DNA of 64,000 nucleotides from Clostridia bacterium (GTDB lineage Bacteria; Bacillota; Clostridia; UBA1212; DUPL01): NCBI GenBank assembly GCA_050951325.1, contig JBMNIW010000003.1, positions 288,001 to 352,000 of the forward strand, read 5' to 3'. Shown piece by piece: positions 52,698 to 62,312 of this stretch (position 1 is its first letter; each line of letters starts with the position of its first letter). The notes under the pieces were generated by a model. It saw only the letters and a program-made list of their open reading frames with translations, ran no database searches and was not told where the DNA came from. The position numbers and the translations under genes were made by a program.

Positions 52698-53645
52698 TCA
52701 CACGGTTCTTGCTGCACAAAGTTTTACAGTCTTCACTCTGCCGCCCAGCATCTGAAACTTCTTTTCGATGTCGGCATATCCTCTTTCTATAAAGTGGTCG
52801 TCATCAATATATGTGTCGCCAACTGCGCAAAGTCCTGCTATCAGAAGTGACGCTCCACATCTTAAGTCAGATGATACCAAATCGCAACCAACAAGACGTT
52901 CAACTCCGTTGATGAGTATGCTTTTCTTGCCAATATACTCAATATCGGCACCCATTTTAACCAGTTCAGGCACATGTTTGAATCTGTTTTCAAAAATTGT
53001 TTCCTCAACAACACTAGCTCCAGACGTTACACTCAAAAGCGAAGTGAGAGGCGCTTGCAAATCCGTTGGAAACCCGGGATACGGCAGCGTCCTGACACTG
53101 ATTCCACCTAATGTATCAAGTTTTCTTTTTGTAGATTCGACATAGACTGCGTTGTGGTAAATTTCAATTTTACATCCAATATTGTAGAGTAACTCGATAA
53201 GGGAAAAAACATGAGACGGTACAATGTTTCGTACAAACACTTTGCCGCCTGTCGCCGCACTGGCTATCATATATGTGCCAGCTTCGATTCTGTCAGGCAT
53301 AATGCTGTGCTCTTCACAGTCATGCAATTCCTTTACGCCTTCAACAACTATTTCGCCTGTACCTGCGCCTTTGACTTTTCCACCAATTGCGTTAAGGTAC
53401 TTTTGCAAATCTTCAATTTCTGGTTCTCTTGCACTATTTTTAATAACTGTCGTACCCTCTGCCAGCACTGCAGCCAGCATGGCGTTTTCAGTAGCCCCTA
53501 CACTGGGAAAAGGCAGTTTTATTTCATTGCCTTTAAGTTTTGCAGCCCTGGCATATATTATATCGCCCTCTTCAATCACAGCACCCAGAGCTCTTAGCGC
53601 ATTCAAATGCATATCTATAGGCCTTTCTCCTATAGTGCAGCCTCC
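52698..53645 (-). CDS. murA: MurA 3' half (residues 114-428 of the rebuilt protein)
   Basis: Open frame GGCTIGERPIDMHL..., PSVGATEN, AREPEI, PDRIEAGT, YPGFPTDLQ, IFENRF, DLR, RGY; no MurA N-terminus upstream. Confidence 0.93.
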   Translation of the reverse strand, partial: GGCTIGERPIDMHLNALRALGAVIEEGDIIYARAAKLKGNEIKLPFPSVGATENAMLAAVLAEGTTVIKNSAREPEIEDLQKYLNAIGGKVKGAGTGEIVVEGVKELHDCEEHSIMPDRIEAGTYMIASAATGGKVFVRNIVPSHVFSLIELLYNIGCKIEIYHNAVYVESTKRKLDTLGGISVRTLPYPGFPTDLQAPLTSLLSVTSGASVVEETIFENRFKHVPELVKMGADIEYIGKKSILINGVERLVGCDLVSSDLRCGASLLIAGLCAVGDTYIDDDHFIERGYADIEKKFQMLGGRVKTVKLCAARTV

Positions 53646-53665
53646 TGGGTGCGTTACCCCATTGA
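53628..53665 (-). other. attR-like recombination site (17-bp arm - GG - murA arm)
   Basis: Minus strand TCAATGGGGTAACGCAC cca GG aggctgcactatagga; GG at 53645-53644. Confidence 0.8.
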
Positions 53666-53670
53666 ATTAT

Positions 53671-54783
53671 TCAATTAGAGAGATGCATCTGTATGACGCC
53701 TTCGATTTCTTTTATAACATCTTCAAGATAAGAATTAAGTTCGTCAAAATCCATTGAAGATATATAGATTTCTTCGAGTTTTGCGTGTTCACGCTTGGAT
53801 TTGGACATCATTCTTACTGCTTTGTTGAGGAGTTCGTCAAACCTAATGCTGTTGTATTTGATGTCATCCTTTGCACGGAGCACGTTATATTCGCTCAAAA
53901 ATCCCTCAAGGGGATATTCATAGTACATGTCGCTTCCAGAGGCTTCGTGGTATGGATTTGACGACACTACTGCCGTCTTCAGCTCGGGTATCCTAATATG
54001 CTCAAGCTTTGTGTCAAAACCGCAAAGGAAACTCTCCGTGTTGAAACCGCAGAGATTCGCCCTAACCTTGATGACTTCCAATATTGAGGAAGTACTCATA
54101 CCCATCGTGGTATCTATTGAGTATACCTTGTCGTCCCTGAAAATTTCATTGACAGAGCCCATCAAACCTGCAGGCGTTATTGCAGTTGCAAAGAGTTTTT
54201 TGTCCTTTCCAAGGCTTAATGACGGTTCAAAGTCTCCTAGTATCTCATCTGCCAGGTTTGATGCAAAGAGGTATGCCTTGTTCTTTTCGAAAGACTCTTC
54301 CATTATATTGACTGTATCATCATATATGATGCCAGCTGCTTGAAGATAATGGTAGGCACGTTTGTAATAGTCGCTTTTGTCCTTCATGAACTGAATAATG
54401 TCATCCCTGTACCGGATAAGGAAGGATGTATCCCAAAAAGACCCCAAATTAATAATCTCTTCCCTTGCACCAGGACATTTGGGATCAATCATATGAGGGC
54501 TTGTGCCATCCACAACTGCAATCCCGCCTTCAGTACTGATAACCCCGTCCAGGCTTTGGGGGTCACCGGAACAATGAACAATGTCCATGTTGCAGCCAAG
54601 ACTATCAAGAAGACCAATGACTTTTTTTACAAAGGTGGACTTGCCCGTACCAGGTCCTCCTTTAAGAATGTACACTGTTAGATTGTAATTGTCGTAGTCC
54701 GTCAACAATGTTTCGTACAAACTTTTAAACCCATATCTTGTGTTTGCTCCTAGAAATATGTTCCTTCTACTGCCAAAACTCAT
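53671..54783 (-). CDS. PRK06851-like P-loop ATPase
   Basis: FLGANTRYGF, LKGGPGTGKST, HCSGDPQSLDG, DGTSPH, FATAITPAG. Confidence 0.8.
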   Translation of the reverse strand: MSFGSRRNIFLGANTRYGFKSLYETLLTDYDNYNLTVYILKGGPGTGKSTFVKKVIGLLDSLGCNMDIVHCSGDPQSLDGVISTEGGIAVVDGTSPHMIDPKCPGAREEIINLGSFWDTSFLIRYRDDIIQFMKDKSDYYKRAYHYLQAAGIIYDDTVNIMEESFEKNKAYLFASNLADEILGDFEPSLSLGKDKKLFATAITPAGLMGSVNEIFRDDKVYSIDTTMGMSTSSILEVIKVRANLCGFNTESFLCGFDTKLEHIRIPELKTAVVSSNPYHEASGSDMYYEYPLEGFLSEYNVLRAKDDIKYNSIRFDELLNKAVRMMSKSKREHAKLEEIYISSMDFDELNSYLEDVIKEIEGVIQMHLSN

Positions 54784-54831
54784 ATTACTGCTCCTTGTAA
54801 TCCTTACACATTATATTATGACCTCCCTATA

Positions 54832-56448
54832 CTATTTGTTACATGCATGCTTTAACGTTTCCACATAAAACACACTTGCCTCTTCCTGATTGCTTCCCCG
54901 CATTTCAGGATAAACCAAATACAATTTGTTTTTTGCCCTTGTCATGGCTACATAAAACAACCTTCTTTCTTCTTCCAACATGCCGCCACTCATTCTTTCC
55001 CTCTTGGGAAACTCGCCATTCACCAAATCAACAATGAAAACCGTATCAAATTCCAGTCCTTTTGCAGAATGGGCAGTTGACAAAGTAATATTGGCATCTT
55101 CGTCAGCCCTAAACTCCAGACACTTGATTAGTTCCTCATACGAACCATTAATACTACATAAAGTTTTCAAAAATTCATAAACATATTCAGCAAACATGCG
55201 ACTTTTTCCATGTCTTTCGTAATAATTCGACATATCATCATATAATCCTGAAAGAAGCATCCTCTCAAAAACCTTTTTGGGTCTAGGTATCAAAAACCTT
55301 GCTTCTTTTTCCGCATCCCTTATTCTTGCCAAAACTTTTTTAACCATAAAATCAGACGCAATATCAATATTTCCACCAAGTACGTTGTATGGGAGATTGA
55401 AATGATTCAAATACAATTTGAACATTACTGCAGACAAATTGTTTCTGTAAATGACGCAGACACTCCCCCTCTTATTGATCTTTGAAATCTTCTCACATAC
55501 GAACCTTGCCTGCTCACTTAAATTTCTTAAGTGTATGAACTCAATCTTTTCCCCCAACCTATTATTCGTAAACAAGTTCTTCTCATACCTGTTTCTATTC
55601 AAAGCAATCACACTGCTGGCACACTGTACTATCCTTTTGCATGAACGGTAGTTTTCTTCCAGGTAGTACTTCACGCAATTGGAATAATGTTTCTCAAACT
55701 CCAAAACACACCCGGGGTCCGCTCCCCTGAATGCATATATTCCCTGGTCGTCGTCCGCTACAACAAATATGTTTCCATGTCCTGCAAGATATTTCATTAC
55801 CTCAAACTGAGCCCTTGACAAATCCTGTCCTTCATCCACCTGTATGTACTCATACTTTTTTGACCATCTTCTCCGTATTCTTTCATCATTTTCGAGAAGC
55901 TCTTTTGCAAACAAAACCATGTCGTCAAAATCAACTAGGTTGTTTTGTCTTTTGTATGCATTATACATATCATATATCTTGTCAAAATTCCTGATAAAAC
56001 CGTCAGAGGAATACTCAGGCCTGTTTGTCCTTCTGCTGATTAAAGAGAACACCTCATCTGATTCTGGCATGTTTACTCCTTTGTTTACCTTTAACCAAAT
56101 ATCCTCCAGAATCTTTTGTTTGACCTTTGCATCTCCACCTATCCTGTGGAACCTATTCCCTGTTATATTCTCATAATCATATATTATCCTGTTGCACAAA
56201 CTGTGCACCGTGCCAAAGTGCGGCAAATCTCTGCCAGGATAAAGCCTTGCATACCTTACTGCCATTTCTCTCCCTGCCGCTCTTGTAAATGTTACGGACA
56301 AAAGCCAGTCAGAACCGGTAATTCCATCCGTCAAAAACCCAATCCTTCTAGTTATAACCGTGGTTTTGCCGCTCCCTGGTCCTGCCAGTACCAGACAAGG
56401 CCCTTCCCTATGATACACAGCTTTTTTCTGAGAATCGCTTAATCTCAT
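54832..56448 (-). CDS. UvrD/PcrA-family helicase
   Basis: LAGPGSGKT, TFT, VDEGQD, DDDQGIYAFRGA, NYRS, HSAKGLEF, EERRLFYVAMTRA. Confidence 0.93.
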   Translation of the reverse strand: MRLSDSQKKAVYHREGPCLVLAGPGSGKTTVITRRIGFLTDGITGSDWLLSVTFTRAAGREMAVRYARLYPGRDLPHFGTVHSLCNRIIYDYENITGNRFHRIGGDAKVKQKILEDIWLKVNKGVNMPESDEVFSLISRRTNRPEYSSDGFIRNFDKIYDMYNAYKRQNNLVDFDDMVLFAKELLENDERIRRRWSKKYEYIQVDEGQDLSRAQFEVMKYLAGHGNIFVVADDDQGIYAFRGADPGCVLEFEKHYSNCVKYYLEENYRSCKRIVQCASSVIALNRNRYEKNLFTNNRLGEKIEFIHLRNLSEQARFVCEKISKINKRGSVCVIYRNNLSAVMFKLYLNHFNLPYNVLGGNIDIASDFMVKKVLARIRDAEKEARFLIPRPKKVFERMLLSGLYDDMSNYYERHGKSRMFAEYVYEFLKTLCSINGSYEELIKCLEFRADEDANITLSTAHSAKGLEFDTVFIVDLVNGEFPKRERMSGGMLEEERRLFYVAMTRAKNKLYLVYPEMRGSNQEEASVFYVETLKHACNK

Positions 56449-56567
56449 GTTACTCCTTTTTCTATATAGTCTACCGCTTTTTTCATGTGGGTTCAACTCA
56501 TTTTTTATGCTTGACAATTTGAAAAGATTAATATATTTACAATATTATACAACAGGAGGAAGTACTT

Positions 56568-57563
56568 ATGAAGAAAAGATTTTTTGCCGTCCTAATTACA
56601 GTTGCACTTGTAACTGTTTGTCTGTTTTCTCAAGTAAGTGCACAGACCAAATTCTCTGAATATGACTTTTCAGGCTGGACTGAAATAAAGTCATATTTCG
56701 AAGACTATCAATCTTTTGTGTTTCCGGATTGGAGGCATCCTTTCAAGGAAACAGACACTGATCTAATCCCAGAAGGCTGGAAATATGAAAAACCAGCCGG
56801 AGCAGCAGATAGTGAAATCGTAAATGAAAGCGGAGATATCGGGTTCTTCCCATCTCCCAACTCAGAACTCTATACAAAAGATGCAATATCAAATCCATAC
56901 GTATGGGTTATGAGAACAAGACTCTCTGCAGGCAAGGTTGCTCAGTATATTGTAAGAGCAACACACGAAAAAATAAACAATGTAAGGTTTACAGATCCTG
57001 ACGGTACATAGATTACCTATAAGGACGACGATGGCAATGATGTGGAAAAGGATGTGCTTGGTTCAAGCGGAATATCCTTCAGACCACACGGCACTTCAGT
57101 CTACATATTCATCAAGCAGTATGACCCAAGTGCTCCAAAGAAACTGAACAACAAGGTTGTAAAAATTGACGATGTGGCCAACTTCATATTCCCAAGAGGA
57201 GAGTACCAGGACGTTGCGGTAGTTGACGACGGAAAATCCGTCACCATCTACTTTGGAGACGAACTTGTTGCTAAAATATCCTTCTCCGAAAAGAAGAAGT
57301 ATGATATCAGCAATGAGGAATTCTATTCAAAGGCAACTGTTACTGGAAAAAATGGCTCCGTTCTTGCCAATGTGGACAATGCGTTAATTAGCACAAAGAG
57401 TGTTCTTTGCATTGCTGCAAATGATATCATAGGTGTTGGCGAGATTGGATACACTGAGTACAAAATTGAATCAAACCCACAAACTGGCGACACTGCAGCC
57501 TTTATTGGACTTGTAGCACTGCTGGGAATGGCGGTTCTTAAGAAAAGACCTATAGAAGAATAA
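56568..57563 (+). pseudogene. Secreted NPQTG-anchored surface protein with an in-frame TAG at 57009-57011
   Basis: ORFs 56568-57011 and 57042-57563 share one frame; signal peptide in the first, NPQTG + hydrophobic + KKR tail in the second. Confidence 0.7.
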
Positions 57564-57575
57564 CAAGTGATACAC

Positions 57576-57601
57576 AACCGCCGGTCTAGCCGGCGGTTTT
57601 T
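57576..57601 (+). terminator. Intrinsic terminator
   Basis: aaccgccgg-tctag-ccggcggttttt. Confidence 0.8.
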
Positions 57602-57646
57602 GAAAATATGTCATAAGATAAACATATAAAAAATTCAGAAATGGTA

Positions 57647-57675
57647 TTGACAATTCGAAATCAACTTAGTATAAT
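57647..57675 (+). promoter_or_regulatory. Consensus sigmaA promoter of the tRNA
   Basis: TTGACA-N17-TATAAT. Confidence 0.9.
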
Positions 57676-57695
57676 AATGATTGTGCCAAGGACAT

Positions 57696-57781
57696 GCGAT
57701 TGTGGCGGAACTGGCAGACGCGCACGTTTGAGGGGCGTGTGGGCAACCCCCGTACGAGTTCAAGTCTCGTCAATCGCACCA
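57696..57781 (+). tRNA. tRNA-Leu(GAG)
   Basis: GCGATTG/CAATCGC acceptor stem, anticodon loop TTGAGGG, long variable arm, GTTCAAG T-loop, encoded CCA. Confidence 0.95.
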
Positions 57782-57788
57782 GATAAAT

Positions 57789-57823
57789 AGAAGTCAGCTG
57801 TGTTGCAGTTGACTTCTTTTTTT
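57789..57823 (+). terminator. tRNA terminator
   Basis: agaagtcagctg...cagttgacttct stem plus T-tract. Confidence 0.8.
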
Positions 57824-57868
57824 ATGCATTATATACTCATATATTTCTTCCGACGAGGAGACTTTGAC

Positions 57869-58354
57869 ATGTCACAGGAATATGTTTTCGAATTTTACGG
57901 AACAAAAGAAGACTTTTTGAGTTGTTTGGACCGTTTATCCAACAATTATTATCAAAGTTCCAAAATCTATTATATCAACAACTATATTGTGAAGTTTGTA
58001 GATAATGAAATTCACTTCGGTGTAGAAAGAGCAGGACATTCAGGTGGGTTTTGGTTTATACCCAGAATCACAGAACTGAATGACCGAATGGAATTTCGAG
58101 GAAAAATCAAATACATAGGCCCCAGTTGCAATCAGTATACAAAAGAGAAAGTAATTAATAAGATAGTGGTATTCTTTGTGTCAATTCTGCTGCTGCCCTT
58201 TGTTTTATTCATCATGCTTTTTACGTTTATCAAAGGAATTATGGAGAGATTAAAAAAACAACATAAACCAAAATTGAAAACAACAGAAGATAGATTGTTT
58301 GATTTAATGGAAAACTATATGGGTATGAGACAAGTATTGAGCAAGACTGATTAG
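57869..58354 (+). CDS. Hypothetical membrane protein
   Basis: GAGGAG RBS before the ATG at 57869; one hydrophobic segment. Confidence 0.65.
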   Translation: MSQEYVFEFYGTKEDFLSCLDRLSNNYYQSSKIYYINNYIVKFVDNEIHFGVERAGHSGGFWFIPRITELNDRMEFRGKIKYIGPSCNQYTKEKVINKIVVFFVSILLLPFVLFIMLFTFIKGIMERLKKQHKPKLKTTEDRLFDLMENYMGMRQVLSKTD

Positions 58355-58433
58355 AAAAAAACAGCCTCTTTTGTTATATTCCACCACCAGTCTGGACATA
58401 ATACCTTTAATATGAATAAACAGGAGTGATATT

Positions 58434-59906
58434 ATGTCCTTATGGCTTGACACATGCAAACTGCCAGAATACGATGCCCTGGATAAAGACATCGAATGCG
58501 ACGTTTTGATAATGGGCGGCGGTTTATCCGGCATTCTGACAGCCTTTTTACTAAAACAAAAAGGAGTCGATGCCTGTATAGTAGAATCCGATAGAATTGC
58601 AAGCGGAACAACAGGAAGAACTACAGGAAAAGTAACCATCCAACACGGTCTTTGTTATCATAATTTTCTAAATCAAATCGGCAGAGAAAAAACTTTAATG
58701 TACAAGATTGCCAATGATGAGGCTCTCAAAACTTACAGATATATAGTTGACAAGTTAAATATAGAATGCGATTTTGAAACAAAACCTGCATATGTTTACA
58801 CCACGGAACCAAAATATGCAGAAGCAATTAAAGAAGAAGCAGAAGTTGCAAAAGACCTGGGAATCGATGCAGAATACATCGAAGGAAAACTACCTCTTCC
58901 CTTCCCTACAGAATGTGCTGTCAAGTTCAACAACCAAGCCCAGTTCCATCCTCTTAAATTTATCTCAAGTATAATTCAGGGTTTAAAAATATATGAAAAG
59001 ACAAAGGTTTTGGAGATTGATGTTGAGAAGCATGTTGCAAGAACCACGGGAGGGAAAATAAAAGCAAGACACATAGTATTTGCTACAGGTTTTCCTTTCA
59101 ATTACACCCCCGGCTACTATTTTTTACGCATGCATCAAAAGCGGTCCTATCTGCTTGCATTGGAAATACAAAGCGACAGCCCCCAGCTGGACGGAATGTA
59201 TCTTGATGCAAATGGAGAAAACGGTTTTACTTTGAGAATGTACAACGGAATGCTGCTATTTGGAGGAGGAAGCCACAGAACAGGAGAAAACTCCGGCGGC
59301 AAATACGATTACCTGATACAATCAGCAAACAAGTATTATCCCGGATGCAGAATAGTTCATCAATGGTCTGCCCAGGACTGTGTGTCCCTTGACAACATAC
59401 CGTATATAGGTCAGTTTTCCGCATCTACTCCCAATATATTTGTGACTACTGGTTACAGGAAATGGGGAATGACAGGCTCCATGGTTGGAGCAAAGATAGT
59501 TGCAGACATGATACTTGGTCAAAACGATACTGAAAACTATCGGGAAGTATTCAATCCACAAAGATTCAACCTCTCCGCTTCAGCTGTAAACCTCTTTAAG
59601 GATACTGTCAAGGCTGTAAAAGGCCTTGCCAAGGAAAAATTCACAATACCTAAAGAGGAACTAAAAGAAGTTAACAGTGGAGAAGGAAAAGTTATTGAAT
59701 ATCTGGGCAAAAAAGTAGGTGTATACAGAGACGACGAAGGCACTGTATACACCGTATCAACGAAATGTTCCCACCTAGGATGCCAGTTGGAATGGAATCA
59801 GGATGAAAAATCCTGGGATTGCCCATGCCATGGCTCAAGATTCGATTACAAAGGATTTGTCATAGACAACCCTGCCATTCATCCAGTAAACTTCCTGGAC
59901 GATTAG
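58434..59906 (+). CDS. FAD-dependent oxidoreductase with C-terminal Rieske domain (YhfW-like)
   Basis: GGGLSG, TTGRTTGK, QFHP, WSAQD, CSHLGC, WDCPCHGSRF. Confidence 0.92.
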   Translation: MSLWLDTCKLPEYDALDKDIECDVLIMGGGLSGILTAFLLKQKGVDACIVESDRIASGTTGRTTGKVTIQHGLCYHNFLNQIGREKTLMYKIANDEALKTYRYIVDKLNIECDFETKPAYVYTTEPKYAEAIKEEAEVAKDLGIDAEYIEGKLPLPFPTECAVKFNNQAQFHPLKFISSIIQGLKIYEKTKVLEIDVEKHVARTTGGKIKARHIVFATGFPFNYTPGYYFLRMHQKRSYLLALEIQSDSPQLDGMYLDANGENGFTLRMYNGMLLFGGGSHRTGENSGGKYDYLIQSANKYYPGCRIVHQWSAQDCVSLDNIPYIGQFSASTPNIFVTTGYRKWGMTGSMVGAKIVADMILGQNDTENYREVFNPQRFNLSASAVNLFKDTVKAVKGLAKEKFTIPKEELKEVNSGEGKVIEYLGKKVGVYRDDEGTVYTVSTKCSHLGCQLEWNQDEKSWDCPCHGSRFDYKGFVIDNPAIHPVNFLDD

Positions 59907-61144
59907 ATAACAAAGTTTCCGTTTCTAAATATTGGCGTTGGATTGTCCTTCTCATCGTAGCCTGTAATTTCAAGGTCAGGTGTTCCTATCATGAAATCCA
60001 CATGGGTGAGGGAGTTGTTAAGACCATGTCTTTCGAGTTCTTCCTCACTCATATTTGTGCCGTTTTCAATGCTGGCCGGATAAGCTTTACCTAAAGCCAG
60101 ATGACAGGAAGCGTTTTCATCAAACAATGTGTTGAAGAAGATGATTCCCATTCTGGATATTGGTGAATCATATTGCACAAGAGCCACCTCTCCAAGTCTT
60201 TTTGCTCCATCAAAAGACTCCAGCATATTCTTCAAAGAATCATAGCCCTTCTCTGCTGAATAATTCACAACCTCTCCATTCTTGAAATCCAGCACAAAGT
60301 TCTCTATCAAAGTTCCCTGATAACTGAGCGGCATCGAACTTACTACCCTGCCCTCTGCAAAGTTCCTATCAGGAGCTGTAAATATTTCTTCTGTTGGCAT
60401 GTTTGCAATGAATGGTATGCCGCTTTGTGTTACATCACTACCACCTGCCCAAATGTGGTTCTTTGGAAGACCCACCTTGAAGTCGGTGCCAAGACTATTC
60501 TTAAAATGCAGGTAGGAAAACTGCTTATCATTCAAGAATTCATACCTTCTCTTCAAAGTTTCAACATGCTCATCCCATGCCTTTTCCGCATTTCCGCCTC
60601 CAACTCTGACAGACTTCAAAATCGCATCCCATAACAGTGACACCGAGTCATCCCCCTTGTCAAACACCTTCTTTGCCCATCTTTCAGTAGGAACTGAAAT
60701 GACAGTCCATGCACACTGGTTTGACATGGTGTAGTCATAGAATTCCTTAAGGGCAGTGTTTGATGCAATTGATGCATCTCTAAGCCTTGCAGGATCCACA
60801 TCCCTTAACAAGTCAGGATCAGATGCGGCAATGCTTACAAAACACGCTCCCCTTCTTGCATACATAAGCCTTTGCTCAACAGCCCAATTCGGGAATTCTT
60901 TGAATACTTCACTTTCGGCAAAGTCATACTTCAATTTTGTCATCAGCTCGTCATTCCAAATTGTAATGACTTCTTTGGCGCCAGCAATGTACGCTTCCTC
61001 GGCAATCATTCTGCCAAAATATGCGCACTCCACAGGACAGCTTAAAACAAGCTCCTGTCCTTTTTGCAGGTTTACACCCAGCCTTACTGTCAGGCGGGCA
61101 TATTCACGAAGGTTCTCGTTAAAATTGTTTTCCAATACTATCAC
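59903..61144 (-). CDS. M29 aminopeptidase (AmpS/PepS-like)
   Basis: NMPTEEIFTAP, LGEVAL, LFDENASCHLALG, HVDFMIG. Confidence 0.95.
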   Translation of the reverse strand: MIVLENNFNENLREYARLTVRLGVNLQKGQELVLSCPVECAYFGRMIAEEAYIAGAKEVITIWNDELMTKLKYDFAESEVFKEFPNWAVEQRLMYARRGACFVSIAASDPDLLRDVDPARLRDASIASNTALKEFYDYTMSNQCAWTVISVPTERWAKKVFDKGDDSVSLLWDAILKSVRVGGGNAEKAWDEHVETLKRRYEFLNDKQFSYLHFKNSLGTDFKVGLPKNHIWAGGSDVTQSGIPFIANMPTEEIFTAPDRNFAEGRVVSSMPLSYQGTLIENFVLDFKNGEVVNYSAEKGYDSLKNMLESFDGAKRLGEVALVQYDSPISRMGIIFFNTLFDENASCHLALGKAYPASIENGTNMSEEELERHGLNNSLTHVDFMIGTPDLEITGYDEKDNPTPIFRNGNFVI

Positions 61145-61156
61145 CTATCATATTAG

Positions 61157-62107
61157 TTAATTAAAAGCTTCTGGATGTAGTATTTTGGCAAGTTCCAAAA
61201 GACCGTCGGCAAGACGCGGGCCCTGTCTTGTAATAATGTTTTCGTCCAGTTCAAATACCTTGCCCTCTTTAACTGCGGTCAAATCTTCATAACCTGGCGT
61301 AGACATGAATCCTTGTTTGGTATCCCATCTGTCAGAGCAGATAATGAGCTCAGGATCTTTTTCAATCAAAGCTTCCTTGCTATATGACCATCCCTGTTCA
61401 TTCTTTGCGATGTTGTCTCCTCCGGCCATTTCAAGCAGAAAACTAATGAAGGTGTCTCCCGTAGCAGTGTAATCCCCGTATTCACCATATCCAACTACAT
61501 AATATACCGTGGGCTTTTCCAAGTCATTTACCTTGTTTGTAACGTCTGCAACTTTTCCCTTCATGTCTTCAACGATCTCGGAAGCTTTGGAGTTTGCGTT
61601 AAGTATGTTTCCAATCATTAAGATCGTGTCATAAACACCTTCAAAACTGCTCTGATCATCGATTACAAAAACCGGGACGCTATTTTGCCTCATCTGGTTG
61701 ATATAGTCGGGCATAACCGTTCCAGAAACAAGTACAATGTCCGCATCAAGGTCAATAACCTTCTCCACATTGGGAGTCATCAAATCTCCTATGGATTCGA
61801 CTTCGGAAACTTGATTAGGATAATCGTCATAATCCGTTCTGCCAATAAGTTTGTCCCCTTTTCCCAGAGCATAAACAGTTTCCGTAAGATTGGGCCCAAT
61901 TGTGATTATCTTCTCAGGTTCCTTTTCAACCTTAAACTTGTTGCCCTGCGTGTCTGTTATTGTCAAGGGGTACTCGGTATCGTCAGTTGTCTGTACCGGA
62001 GTTGACTTTGGTTTCGGATTGTTCTCCGCAATGGCACAACTTGCCAAAACAAACAATAAAACAACTGCCATAACAATTATTATGGACTTCTTAATACTTT
62101 TTATCAT
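61157..62107 (-). CDS. btuF: Cobalamin ABC transporter substrate-binding lipoprotein (BtuF-like)
   Basis: Lipobox LASC, YPLTITD, PNLTE, PNVEKV, GPRL; preceded by a B12 riboswitch. Confidence 0.85.
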   Translation of the reverse strand: MIKSIKKSIIIVMAVVLLFVLASCAIAENNPKPKSTPVQTTDDTEYPLTITDTQGNKFKVEKEPEKIITIGPNLTETVYALGKGDKLIGRTDYDDYPNQVSEVESIGDLMTPNVEKVIDLDADIVLVSGTVMPDYINQMRQNSVPVFVIDDQSSFEGVYDTILMIGNILNANSKASEIVEDMKGKVADVTNKVNDLEKPTVYYVVGYGEYGDYTATGDTFISFLLEMAGGDNIAKNEQGWSYSKEALIEKDPELIICSDRWDTKQGFMSTPGYEDLTAVKEGKVFELDENIITRQGPRLADGLLELAKILHPEAFN

Positions 62108-62139
62108 AATTTCCCTCCGAAATTATTTATTTTTCTCAT

Positions 62140-62312
62140 TCCCGGCAGGTCTCCTGGCTTAAACCTCAAGCCGCATACCATACCTTCCCAGTTTCCCAGT
62201 GGTATGACCCGGTTGTCAAAACGAGCCATGGCATGCGTAAGTTAATACAGTAGCGGGGGCTGCTGCGGATTCTCACCGCATTCCCTATTAAAGCAAAAAG
62301 CTACCTGGGAAC
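62140..62312 (-). ncRNA. Cobalamin riboswitch
   Basis: Minus strand AATAGGGAATGCGGTGAGAATCCGCAGCAGCCCCCGCTACTGTA...CCACTGGGAAACTGGGAAGG...AAGCCAGGAGACCTGCC. Confidence 0.93.

Larger units (their letters stand above)
23002..53643. other. Predicted ~30.6-kb invertible segment whose inversion rebuilds murA
   Basis: Bounded by oppositely oriented attL/attR-like sites; inversion joins the murA halves in frame. Confidence 0.7.

Noticed and set aside
52698-53612. 304-aa ORF as a standalone murA
   Set aside because: It starts after the catalytic Cys loop and lacks the N-terminal K22 region; MurA similarity continues upstream to the att-like site.
22994-53651. Split murA as a repeat-induced misassembly
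   Set aside because: In the orientation that matters the junctions share only CACCC-N-GGAG, far shorter than usual assembly k-mers, and both products are symmetric about one GG. Disfavoured, but not excluded without reads.
23005-53665. Excision of the block using the 17-bp arms as direct repeats
   Set aside because: It would not rebuild murA, would remove essential genes, and conflicts with the orientation of the GG centres.
57696-58354. Genomic island integrated at tRNA-Leu
   Set aside because: I saw no duplicated tRNA 3' end and no integrase; only one hypothetical gene follows.
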